A stretch of DNA of 53,790 nucleotides, from positions 1 through 53,790 of IMG/VR virus record IMGVR_UViG_3300045988_119356. One strand, 5' to 3'. Each line of letters starts with the position of its first letter. The first letter of the stretch is position 1. This document shows positions 29,322 through 37,878 of the stretch, piece after piece. The DNA is from a virus. A program made the position numbers and the translations under genes. Under the pieces are notes generated by a model, which worked only from the letters and a program-made list of their open reading frames with translations, did not search any database and was not told where the DNA came from.

Positions 29322-29356
29322 CTTCCGAGGTGCTAAATCGGAGGATTTTTTTTTTT
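29322..29356 (+). terminator. Rho-independent terminator
   Basis: TCCGAGG-tgctaaa-TCGGAGGA followed by T11. Confidence 0.7.
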
Positions 29357-29423
29357 GTAGATAATTCACGATACACAAATAGATTTGTGTAAAGTTTTGA
29401 ACCGTTTTTTGATACGCAAATTG

Positions 29424-29795
29424 TCAATCGTTTTTATAAAAATTTTTATCTCTTTTATAAACACCGTTTACAAAAGAATATCTTTTGTCCGATATTCTTT
29501 TTTTACATTTTTCAAGAGCTTTTTTATAATACATCATGCGTCTTTTTTGTTCTTTAATACGTTGATTGAAATAAATATTTTTAAGAACATAATTACCGAT
29601 GTTTTCAGTTTCTTTAAATCTTAATAAAGAAACGGCGACATTAATAACATCGCCGATTTCTTCTTTTACATTTTCGGTTGTAAAAGCATTTGAGAGTTCT
29701 TTTAACTCTTCGTCTAATTGGACAAGTTGAGAGTGAGGTGTTGCTCTTGGAAATAGTTTTTTATGTATTTCAAGACCTTTTTGAAAATCCATCAT
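29424..29795 (-). CDS. MazG-like nucleotide pyrophosphohydrolase
   Basis: The EEIGDV motif and the all-alpha MazG pattern. Confidence 0.5.
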   Translation of the reverse strand: MMDFQKGLEIHKKLFPRATPHSQLVQLDEELKELSNAFTTENVKEEIGDVINVAVSLLRFKETENIGNYVLKNIYFNQRIKEQKRRMMYYKKALEKCKKRISDKRYSFVNGVYKRDKNFYKND

Positions 29796-29980
29796 TTTTC
29801 CCTGTTAAATTCTTTCATAGCCTTTAGTTTAGCTAGTTGTTTCTCAAATTCTTTGTCCGGTTTTGCAACTGGTTGCCAATGAGTAAGATTATCTCCGTAA
29901 TTATAATTATCGTATCTGTCGATATTGGCGTAAGCTGCATCATGCAACTCTTTAAGCGACTTCTTCTGCGACATCGTCAA
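29792..29980 (-). CDS. Hypothetical small protein
   Basis: 62 aa, coupled. Confidence 0.35.
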   Translation of the reverse strand: MTMSQKKSLKELHDAAYANIDRYDNYNYGDNLTHWQPVAKPDKEFEKQLAKLKAMKEFNREK

Positions 29981-30602
29981 AAACCTCTGGTAATAATTTG
30001 TTAAACTCGAATAAAACCATTTTCATTATTTGCTGAACGCTTGGATGCGCAGCTTTATGGCATCTAATCCTTAAAATATGTCGCCAAGCTCTAAGGTTTG
30101 CAGTCATACAAACTTCAGCAGCAGTAGAGTGAGGTAAAATCATTCTCAGTTGGTCAGGTTTTGCTCCTAACTCTGCCATTCTTCTATAAGAGAGTTCGGT
30201 TTCTTTCATCTGCCCGACCCATTCATTCCACAAGTCAGTCAATTCTTCGATGTTACAAGGTTTAATAAATGTCAATTCGTTTCCAAATTTATCTTTAGAA
30301 TAATTGCAAAAGCGGGTTGATTCTATTGAGAAAGCTGTACCGGCACGATGGCGTGTTATATCTTTATAAGCTCCGACATCAGTTTTCATTTTTACAGTAA
30401 TTGAAAAATGTTCAAGAACCGATTCGTGACCGGATTTTATAAGCATTTGTACCATTTTTTCAGCTGAGTTTTCAGATTCTTTCTCATAAGATTGGTAACA
30501 AGTGCGACCACATTTTTCGATATGTCTAAGAACTTTATTGCGGTCAATATCGGTTAAAATTTCAACAGTAGGCTCTATTATTTTCATTTTCACCTCGTTC
30601 AA
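29952..30602 (-). CDS. thyX: Flavin-dependent thymidylate synthase ThyX
   Basis: VLEHFSITV and the RHR...S signature ITRHRAGTAFSIES. The size, 216 aa, is typical. Confidence 0.7.
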   Translation of the reverse strand: MNEVKMKIIEPTVEILTDIDRNKVLRHIEKCGRTCYQSYEKESENSAEKMVQMLIKSGHESVLEHFSITVKMKTDVGAYKDITRHRAGTAFSIESTRFCNYSKDKFGNELTFIKPCNIEELTDLWNEWVGQMKETELSYRRMAELGAKPDQLRMILPHSTAAEVCMTANLRAWRHILRIRCHKAAHPSVQQIMKMVLFEFNKLLPEVFDDVAEEVA

Positions 30603-31015
30603 TTAACATTTTGAAAAAGCATTTTGAATTTTTGTTCAACGTAATCTATCACGTCCATAAATATAAATCTATCTAAAGATATAACAAATTCGTTAAATAT
30701 ATCCACAGCTTTTTCTTCATCAAATCTAGCAACACCACCAATTGATATTAACACATCTGTCAATTTTTCTACTTGTTTTTGATAGTTTTCCGCGTTGATA
30801 ACATCGTCGATATTTTTTCCGATTTTTTCGATTTGCAAATCAAGAGTGTTATTTGGCAAATTTTTAATATTCCACTCCAAAGCATTATTTAAAACTTTTA
30901 AACATTTGTCTTTGTAGCGATTATAAGAATTAAACATAGGTATTTTGTCGTTCATATTTCCTAACCTATATGATAAGTTTTTGAGCTTCTTGAATATACC
31001 ACTCATAATTAACAT
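30599..31015 (-). CDS. Hypothetical protein
   Basis: 138 aa. Confidence 0.4.
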   Translation of the reverse strand: MLIMSGIFKKLKNLSYRLGNMNDKIPMFNSYNRYKDKCLKVLNNALEWNIKNLPNNTLDLQIEKIGKNIDDVINAENYQKQVEKLTDVLISIGGVARFDEEKAVDIFNEFVISLDRFIFMDVIDYVEQKFKMLFQNVN

Positions 31016-32993
31016 TGTCCCATCTAAAATCTTTAATGTTATTAACTACGCTGACTTTGTAACCGGCCGCTAAACCTGTAATACGTTCTTCATATTTAGA
31101 TTTATTTCCGGTACAAACTCTTTCATCCCATTGACCGCCTGTTTCAGCCATAACACGATTATATTCTTGTTCTGATACACCGTTTTTACGTTTGTAGCAA
31201 CCAACTGGGCCGGCAGGTGGCATAACTTTAGATAAAAATTCTCCGTCCGTGCTGATATAAAATCTTGTGTTCTTTTGAACGTGTTTATCACCCCAGAAAA
31301 GTTTAGAGCCACCGGTAGCTTTAACGGCACAGCAAAAATCAAACGGATTAAAACAACTGCGAATGTATGTTTCAATATCAACACCTTCAACCATGTTTGC
31401 AACGGCCGCGCGCGTACTGACAACGTTTGAGAAGTTTTTATGCCATGCTGGCGGTTGTGAAGATGCTACCGATTCGTGATAATTTAACGGGTCGGGTGTC
31501 CAATAAGCACCTTTGAGTTTACTTTTTCCGTCCGTACCAACAGCGATATAGTTGTTCACATCGCGAATGTACATTTTAGCATATCTAGCTTCTTCAAGGT
31601 CCAAACGTGTTAATTGTTCCCAACGTTTGCAAATTTCTTGAGTTTGCGGGTAATAATCTTTGTGAATATAAAAAGTAATACCATCTGTATTGGCTTGAAT
31701 AACCTGTAAGGTTGGGACATCAGTCAACCATTCAAGCAACATTGACAACATCAACTGACCATTGATGGTAATTGTTATGGTAAACTGAGGGTCGTACATT
31801 ACGCTAAACTTAGAGTTTGATTTACCATAAGCGCCATTAAGGGCGAGTTTGATAGCGTTGGCTTCAGTGCATTTTTTACCTTTTTCTTTTTGCCATTTCT
31901 TACGTTCTTTTTTAAGGTCGCCGTAAACGCTTGCAAATCTTTCTCCAAGATGCTCAGGGTGCAAGCCGTTTACAATAGCTATTGACGGATACAGACTTGA
32001 TACATCGACGTCGACAATCCACCAATCGTCCGTAGCTTGTATGCGTTTCTTTTCAACAGAGCCATGGATACCACCAACGCCATAATGATATTCAACGCCG
32101 TTAACATTGGCGGTAAGATTTTCAAACGCACCTTTGGTTTTAATATTTGTACTTTCCTCACCGGCTGCATTAATTTCTTCACTACGCAAAGTCTGTGAAC
32201 ACATGTAATCATAGATACGCTTAAATTCTAGTTTTTTTAAGCTCACATAAGGAAAAATAATATTTTTAAGTGGTATCTGCGTTCTCGGCGTTTGACGCAT
32301 CTGTCGGCGTCCTGAGGAAGTATCATAGCATACTTCATCACCAAGACGGGACATAATGGTTTGTTCGCCGATTTTCGTATCGTTCCAGTTATAAACATCG
32401 ATACCGAATTGTTCTTCCAAACCTTGTCGGAACTCAATGGCGTGGTGAGCATAATGAGCAAATCGCTTAGTTTCTTGAACGTCGTGATAGTTGTAAGGTA
32501 CAAGCAAGGTATTAACTTCTTCTTGCGTTAATACTGTTCCTGGTTCTATCGGCATATCTTCAATACTGTCAACACGCATGTTTATCTGAAGAAACTTTAA
32601 GCTGGTAGATTTTGCTTTGTTGTCGAAGTGGTGCATTTTGAATAAATCAATTTGCGGTGTAAAACGATCTGAGGTCCAAATGATATGACCAAATCTGTCC
32701 TGACCTTCAATAATTTCTTGAGCTTTCGCGTAAATTTGTTGGTATGTTGCGGAAGGATTATTCCAAAGAAAGTGAATAACTGGATAGTCGAAGTTAATAT
32801 TGTTGTAGCCTATCATTGGCGTTTGAGATGCGGCCAACTCGCGGAAAAATGCTAAAAGTTGTTGGCGGTCATCTCGATACTGAGAGATTTCCCAAACCGC
32901 ACTGGTTGGTTTGTTTAACATCTCCATTGTGAAAGTGAAACAATTTGGGAAAGTTTCAATATCGTAGACAATAGCGTTGGTAAGGTTAAGCAT
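30966..32993 (-). CDS. Family-B DNA polymerase with 3'-5' exonuclease motifs
   Basis: Exo I YDIETF, Exo II NINFDYPV, motif A DVDVSSLYPS, motif B KLALNGAYGK, motif C NTDGITF. Confidence 0.8.
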   Translation of the reverse strand: MLNLTNAIVYDIETFPNCFTFTMEMLNKPTSAVWEISQYRDDRQQLLAFFRELAASQTPMIGYNNINFDYPVIHFLWNNPSATYQQIYAKAQEIIEGQDRFGHIIWTSDRFTPQIDLFKMHHFDNKAKSTSLKFLQINMRVDSIEDMPIEPGTVLTQEEVNTLLVPYNYHDVQETKRFAHYAHHAIEFRQGLEEQFGIDVYNWNDTKIGEQTIMSRLGDEVCYDTSSGRRQMRQTPRTQIPLKNIIFPYVSLKKLEFKRIYDYMCSQTLRSEEINAAGEESTNIKTKGAFENLTANVNGVEYHYGVGGIHGSVEKKRIQATDDWWIVDVDVSSLYPSIAIVNGLHPEHLGERFASVYGDLKKERKKWQKEKGKKCTEANAIKLALNGAYGKSNSKFSVMYDPQFTITITINGQLMLSMLLEWLTDVPTLQVIQANTDGITFYIHKDYYPQTQEICKRWEQLTRLDLEEARYAKMYIRDVNNYIAVGTDGKSKLKGAYWTPDPLNYHESVASSQPPAWHKNFSNVVSTRAAVANMVEGVDIETYIRSCFNPFDFCCAVKATGGSKLFWGDKHVQKNTRFYISTDGEFLSKVMPPAGPVGCYKRKNGVSEQEYNRVMAETGGQWDERVCTGNKSKYEERITGLAAGYKVSVVNNIKDFRWDNVNYEWYIQEAQKLII

Positions 32994-32999
32994 TAATTA

Positions 33000-33344
33000 T
33001 TACTCCAGAAAAGCTGCAATCAAGCGGTTTATAATTGTATGTTCTTCCATATCTGTATCTGTTTTTGATAAACTACATAAATCGGCTAACAACAAATGAC
33101 AAACTTCGTGAAATGCTTTTTCGTTTGTATCAAACTTTTGAGTTCCATTACTTCCCCAAAAATAAACCCAAACCTCGTGCTGATTAGGTTTATAAGATAC
33201 TCTTGCATAAGGACAATCTGGTTCATAAGGCATCCTCTGAAAATATAAAATTTTCCAATCTTTAAGGCCGAATTTATTAAACCAATACCAAAAATATTTC
33301 TTAAACTCTTGGAACTCATCAATCTCTTTTAACTCTTCAGACAT
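33000..33344 (-). CDS. Hypothetical protein
   Basis: 114 aa. Confidence 0.4.
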   Translation of the reverse strand: MSEELKEIDEFQEFKKYFWYWFNKFGLKDWKILYFQRMPYEPDCPYARVSYKPNQHEVWVYFWGSNGTQKFDTNEKAFHEVCHLLLADLCSLSKTDTDMEEHTIINRLIAAFLE

Positions 33345-33363
33345 TTTTCAAATCCTCAAAACG

Positions 33364-33822
33364 TTAATTCCATTCTCTATAATTTAAAACTGCATCGATA
33401 GTTTTTACTGAAACATTAAATTCTTCAGCTAAAATTTTTCTATCTTCTAAACATCTTCTTCTAATGTTTTCAGCTTTCTTATAGTTTAATTTTATTTTTG
33501 AAGTTTTTTGTGAATTTTCACGTATAGTTACCCAACGACAATTAGATGGTTCGTAATTTTTATTGTTATCAATTCTATCTATGGATAAGCCTTTTTTCCA
33601 ACCATTAGATAGAGCCCATTCCGCAAAACTGGCGAAACTTAGCCATTCGTCACAAATTTTTATACCTCTACCACCATATCTATAATATTTAGGACTTTTA
33701 GGATTTAAACATCTTTGTTTCATATTAGTCCATGAATTATAGAGATTTCTGTCCTTACCTTTACAACAAAAACCGGTTTTATAATTACCGTTGTTTTCTC
33801 CGTAAAGCACGCCTCTTTTCAT
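33364..33822 (-). CDS. HNH homing endonuclease
   Basis: C..PK...Y.YGGRGI..C.EW and the IDRIDNNKNYEPSNCRWVT...EN HNH signature. Confidence 0.7.
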   Translation of the reverse strand: MKRGVLYGENNGNYKTGFCCKGKDRNLYNSWTNMKQRCLNPKSPKYYRYGGRGIKICDEWLSFASFAEWALSNGWKKGLSIDRIDNNKNYEPSNCRWVTIRENSQKTSKIKLNYKKAENIRRRCLEDRKILAEEFNVSVKTIDAVLNYREWN

Positions 33823-33851
33823 TCAAAAAACTCCGTAAGAATTGGTAATAA

Positions 33852-33879
33852 ATCGGCAGACTTTGACCGGTCTGCCAGC
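33852..33879. repeat. 28-nt hairpin element ATCGGCAGACTTTGACCGGTCTGCCAGC, copy 1
   Basis: Identical to 48829-48856. It contains GGCAGAC/GTCTGCC arms and a GACCGGTC core. Confidence 0.8.
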
Positions 33880-33896
33880 GGTTGTCAACATTAGGA

Positions 33897-34808
33897 TTAA
33901 AAAGGAATCCTATCGTTAATCAATGTGCTAAACGGTTGACCTTGTTGTTGTGCAGCTTGAGGCATAGCCATAGGGGCGGCCGCACTCGCAACAGGTTGGG
34001 TAAAACCCTGCATTGCAGCTGGTGCAGGCATCGATTGAACACCTTGAGCATTGTTAAGAAAGTCATAAGCCGGAGCTGGCATTGGAGCCGGAGCAGGTTG
34101 AGCTGTCGGCATTTGCGCAGGCATTGCAGCCGGTTGAGCCATTGGCATTTGAGCTGTTGCAGGTGCAGAACTAATCGGAGTTAAGGACGCACCGGCAGGA
34201 AGTGGGTGAGATGCACCACCAAACATTGCCATTGGGTCAGCACCACCAGAACCTTTAATTTCAGTTCCGTAACCAACTAATTCATAGCCGTTCGGATTCC
34301 AGTAAATACCACCGTCTTTTTCATTGTGTGCGGTAATTGTGAGGTTGGCAACTACATAGTCACCACATTTGACTTCGTTTGCTTCAACTTTACGATAAGC
34401 GCCGTTTTCAAATTTGAAAGTTCCCGGTAAGAAAGCGCTTGTACTTACTTTTACAATATAACAACCCGGATAACCTTCGCGAGTGTTATAAGGTACTTGT
34501 GAACCTTGCGGACAAGACGGGCTATCACCGTTAATAACTTTCCATGCAAAACGGGACATTTCACATTGATCTGGGTGCACATTTCCATATTGCGGATAAA
34601 CTTTCGCAACTTCTTGCAAAATATACGGCCAAACTTTTTCAAGAAATTCTTGTTTGTTGTAAGCAATTGAAACACGATTTTCTTTTCTCGGTGTACCGTC
34701 AGCGTTAAGTTTTTTCTGTTTGGTGTGATAATCAACAGCATCTTCCCAAGAGGTAGGATTACCGCTAACAATACGACCAACCGGCATGTTAAAGTTTTCA
34801 ATAGACAT
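33897..34808 (-). CDS. SSB-like protein (putative): a Pro/Gln/Met-rich linker ending in an NDRIPF tip
   Basis: The C-terminal disordered tail resembles the SSB ...DDIPF tip. It sits in the replication module. Confidence 0.4.
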   Translation of the reverse strand: MSIENFNMPVGRIVSGNPTSWEDAVDYHTKQKKLNADGTPRKENRVSIAYNKQEFLEKVWPYILQEVAKVYPQYGNVHPDQCEMSRFAWKVINGDSPSCPQGSQVPYNTREGYPGCYIVKVSTSAFLPGTFKFENGAYRKVEANEVKCGDYVVANLTITAHNEKDGGIYWNPNGYELVGYGTEIKGSGGADPMAMFGGASHPLPAGASLTPISSAPATAQMPMAQPAAMPAQMPTAQPAPAPMPAPAYDFLNNAQGVQSMPAPAAMQGFTQPVASAAAPMAMPQAAQQQGQPFSTLINDRIPF

Positions 34809-34828
34809 ATTAAATCTCCAATTTAAGG

Positions 34829-35071
34829 TTAAATATCCAAGGCTTTACGATAAGTTTCGAGTAAAAACTCTTTCTCGTCCCTATCAGCAGCGTTCATTTT
34901 GCGAAGTTTGATAATCTCACGCATGATTTTAGTATCAAAACCAGCGCTTTTGGCTTCTGCATAAATATCGTTGATATCCGATGTGATAGCAGATTTTTCT
35001 TCCTCGAGATGCTCGATTCGTTCAATTAAAGATAGCAATCTATTGCCATCAATTCCACCAACTTCTGACAT
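34829..35071 (-). CDS. GapR-like (DUF2312) nucleoid-associated DNA-binding protein
   Basis: LLSLIERIEHLEEEK..I..DI.DIYAEAKSAGFDTKIMREIIKLRKM resembles the GapR consensus. The start was chosen at the ATG 1 nt after the upstream stop, with an RBS AAGGAGA. Confidence 0.6.
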   Translation of the reverse strand: MSEVGGIDGNRLLSLIERIEHLEEEKSAITSDINDIYAEAKSAGFDTKIMREIIKLRKMNAADRDEKEFLLETYRKALDI

Positions 35072-35072
35072 A

Positions 35073-36149
35073 TTAAATCTCCTTCTTTCCAAACATTTTT
35101 TCAGCCATTTTGTTTTCATCAATAGCGACAAGCTTAAAACCGTTGTCAGGTCTATGAGTCATTGATTTTATTAACTCTTCCGGCACTCCGGCTTTTTTAG
35201 CCTGTGCAGGTGTCATTATTTTATCAACTCTCACGTCAACACCGGACATCATTTTAACAACGTCTGAGGTTATTCCGTCGTTCCAAGTCGTTTGACCTAG
35301 AGCCTGTTGTATTGAATATCCTTTTAAGCTTCCACCAGCTTTAAGACGATGTAAAGCTAAATCTTCGTAAGTCTCATAAGATTGTTTAATAATCTCTTGA
35401 GCGCGTTTAAGATTAGTTAACATCCATGTCAACCGTTCGTTGCTAATCTCGCTGTCAAAAGCTATTTCAGCAACGTCGATAGCGTTCATAGCTGCTATCT
35501 GAGCGGCCGGACATTGCGACAAACATTGACATTTATAACACTGCGAACCGCTACAAACCGTTGAGGATGGGTGAGATAAGACCTCGGACAGCTCTTGATA
35601 TAAAGACATCAATTCTGTATAATCAATTATCCAATTTCTAACAGTTCCTTGCGGATGAAATGGCCGAGGTTGAAAAATCATAAACGCTATTGTACACGGT
35701 TGAATATTATTTTTCTGACAGTAAGCAATAGCGTGACTTATTAACGTCCAGTTATTTTCAGGTTCAACAATTCGCCAACCATATTTAAGATCTGCGACTG
35801 TTAAAAGAGCAATATCGTGTTTAATACAGTCAGCACGTCCGCGAATTTCCCAACCGTTACCAGAATGTGAAGTATCTACTTCAACCTCACAATTCCCAGA
35901 GGTTGTAAACTCCAAATATTGTCGGCAGTATTCAACCATATCAGCGGTTATATACAATCCGTTCGGTGCTGTTTGCCCGATTAAATCCTCAGCGTTTGCA
36001 CCGTGATAAACTTGTTCACAAAGCCAGTGTGCAGCGTTTCCTTCGTCGGTTTGCTCGGTTGAAGGGTTGAAGGGCTCAATGCCCCCCAACGACTTATAAC
36101 CGTTGCAAGCCATAAAACGAGGTAATTCTGTGGCTGTTAAACTAAGCAT
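35073..36149 (-). CDS. PD-(D/E)XK exonuclease with a Cas4/RecB-like Cys cluster
   Basis: An N-terminal Cys, the ADLKYGW motif, and C-terminal CSGSQCYKCQCLSQC. Confidence 0.55.
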   Translation of the reverse strand: MLSLTATELPRFMACNGYKSLGGIEPFNPSTEQTDEGNAAHWLCEQVYHGANAEDLIGQTAPNGLYITADMVEYCRQYLEFTTSGNCEVEVDTSHSGNGWEIRGRADCIKHDIALLTVADLKYGWRIVEPENNWTLISHAIAYCQKNNIQPCTIAFMIFQPRPFHPQGTVRNWIIDYTELMSLYQELSEVLSHPSSTVCSGSQCYKCQCLSQCPAAQIAAMNAIDVAEIAFDSEISNERLTWMLTNLKRAQEIIKQSYETYEDLALHRLKAGGSLKGYSIQQALGQTTWNDGITSDVVKMMSGVDVRVDKIMTPAQAKKAGVPEELIKSMTHRPDNGFKLVAIDENKMAEKMFGKKEI

Positions 36150-36150
36150 G

Positions 36151-36849
36151 TTAGATGCCTTTTTTAGCTAATTCGTTAATGACAAACAGCATCGCGTTCT
36201 CATTATCACGCATTTCGAACATACCTTGATATGAAGTACCGAAAGTAGCGTTAACAGTGTTGAGAACTCCTTGCATATAGTTAGCTTCAATCAACTTGTT
36301 TGCGAGAGCATATTGCAACTTGTTTGAAAAAGTTTCAAACGTTGACGGTGCCGGAGCGGCAGGAGCTGGAGCAACTGGAGCCGGTGCAACTACTGGAGCA
36401 GGCGCAGCTACGGGAGCTTGAACCTGTTGAACGGGTACGAAAGCCTGAACCGGTGCTGGAGCAACCGGTGCCGGTGCAACTACCGGAGCTTGGACGGATT
36501 CAGGAATAGGTGCTGGAATTGGAGCATCTTCGGTCACCGGTTCAGCAGCTTCCCATTTGCCTAACAATTCAGCTTTAACAGAGTTGTAAACTTCGTCGCT
36601 AACACCACGACGACGTTGCCATACACCTTGAGCAGTCAATTTGTGATTTGAGCTGTGGATTCTTTCGTCCCACGGTAAACCTTCTTTGTCAAAATCCATA
36701 GTATTATCAATCGGCTCTTCGACAACATCATCAGTGCTAACAACAACCGGAGCGTTGGACGGGGTAATAACCTCGTCGATAACATTGTTCAAAACTTTAG
36801 CAACGGCCAACAACTCAACCGCCGTAATATCTTCTAATGTAATTTTCAT
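36151..36849 (-). CDS. Hypothetical protein with a long Pro/Ala/Val repeat linker
   Basis: 232 aa with (APV)n repeats between two folded regions. Confidence 0.45.
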   Translation of the reverse strand: MKITLEDITAVELLAVAKVLNNVIDEVITPSNAPVVVSTDDVVEEPIDNTMDFDKEGLPWDERIHSSNHKLTAQGVWQRRRGVSDEVYNSVKAELLGKWEAAEPVTEDAPIPAPIPESVQAPVVAPAPVAPAPVQAFVPVQQVQAPVAAPAPVVAPAPVAPAPAAPAPSTFETFSNKLQYALANKLIEANYMQGVLNTVNATFGTSYQGMFEMRDNENAMLFVINELAKKGI

Positions 36850-36934
36850 TGTAAAATCCTTTGTTATAATGTTGACAATTTACATTAACTGTTTTACATT
36901 GTTGTTAAATAAAATGCAAGAGGAAAATTTAAAA

Positions 36935-37510
36935 ATGTCAAAATTTGTTATCAAAAGTGAGATTTTATCAAGGTTTTCAAAGCTTTCAACAATTCGTTTA
37001 GAAGTTAAAAACAGCAGACAGTATATTATAGGTTATAATAAATATGTCGCCTGTTTACAGTATCTAGGAGAGTGCGAAGATTCGGACGAGGTTATTTATA
37101 TTGGATTTAACGAAAAATCGTTAGAAAATTTGCGATTCGAGCTGAGTATTGGTAGTGATTATATTATTGAAACGAATCCTGAATTAGCTTTAGCAACGGT
37201 GACAACTTCTTTAGGTAGCAAATACGACAACTTTGTTTACTGGATGGACGAGGATGAAACTGATAACTGGTCATCATGGTTTACCGAATTGAACGAAACT
37301 GTCGGATTTATGTACTGGGATTTGTATCAAGTACAAACATTGTTTGAGTGCAGCCCGTCCGGTGAGATAATTTTCCCAGAACATATAAACGCTACCAAAC
37401 CTGTTATCGTTGTTGACGCTAATAACACCGAATGGGTTGGCGTGTTTATACCTCGTTCGGACAGCGACAAACCTCTTAAACCAGCAACATTACCGGAGTG
37501 GATGAAATGA
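36935..37510 (+). CDS. Hypothetical protein (first gene of the rightward replication block)
   Basis: RBS AAGAGGAAAA. The longer 36686 start in the track is rejected because it runs antisense into the neighbouring gene. Confidence 0.5.
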   Translation: MSKFVIKSEILSRFSKLSTIRLEVKNSRQYIIGYNKYVACLQYLGECEDSDEVIYIGFNEKSLENLRFELSIGSDYIIETNPELALATVTTSLGSKYDNFVYWMDEDETDNWSSWFTELNETVGFMYWDLYQVQTLFECSPSGEIIFPEHINATKPVIVVDANNTEWVGVFIPRSDSDKPLKPATLPEWMK

Positions 37511-37878
37511 GTGATAGATTAAAATTTAGAGTTTGGGATAAATACTTTGAACGTTATTGGACAGATGAACAGGTTGAAAATAACATACAATGGCTTTTAT
37601 ATCCTGATAACGAGAATATTGAAAATGTTATAATCGAACAGTGCACCGGGTTGAGAGATAAAAACGGCAAGCTCATCTATGAGGGAGATATTATAAAATC
37701 AATGGTATATACTGTAAACATGAAGGTTATATACTGTATCGAAGAAACTTTTTTCGGATTAAAATATTCTCACAATGACGATAACAGATGCAGTGCAGCT
37801 ATGCCCTCATCGGAAGAAATTGAAGTCATCGGAAACATTCACGAAAATCCGGAGTTCTTAAATGCTGATAACGCTTAG
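37498..37878 (+). CDS. Hypothetical protein
   Basis: 126 aa, coupled. Confidence 0.45.
   Translation: MDEMSDRLKFRVWDKYFERYWTDEQVENNIQWLLYPDNENIENVIIEQCTGLRDKNGKLIYEGDIIKSMVYTVNMKVIYCIEETFFGLKYSHNDDNRCSAAMPSSEEIEVIGNIHENPEFLNADNA

Noticed and set aside
36686-37510. Track ORF of 274 aa starting at 36686
   Set aside because: Its first roughly 250 nt run antisense through the minus-strand gene 36151-36849 and the divergent promoter gap. An ATG at 36935 with RBS AAGAGGAAAA gives a sensible start.
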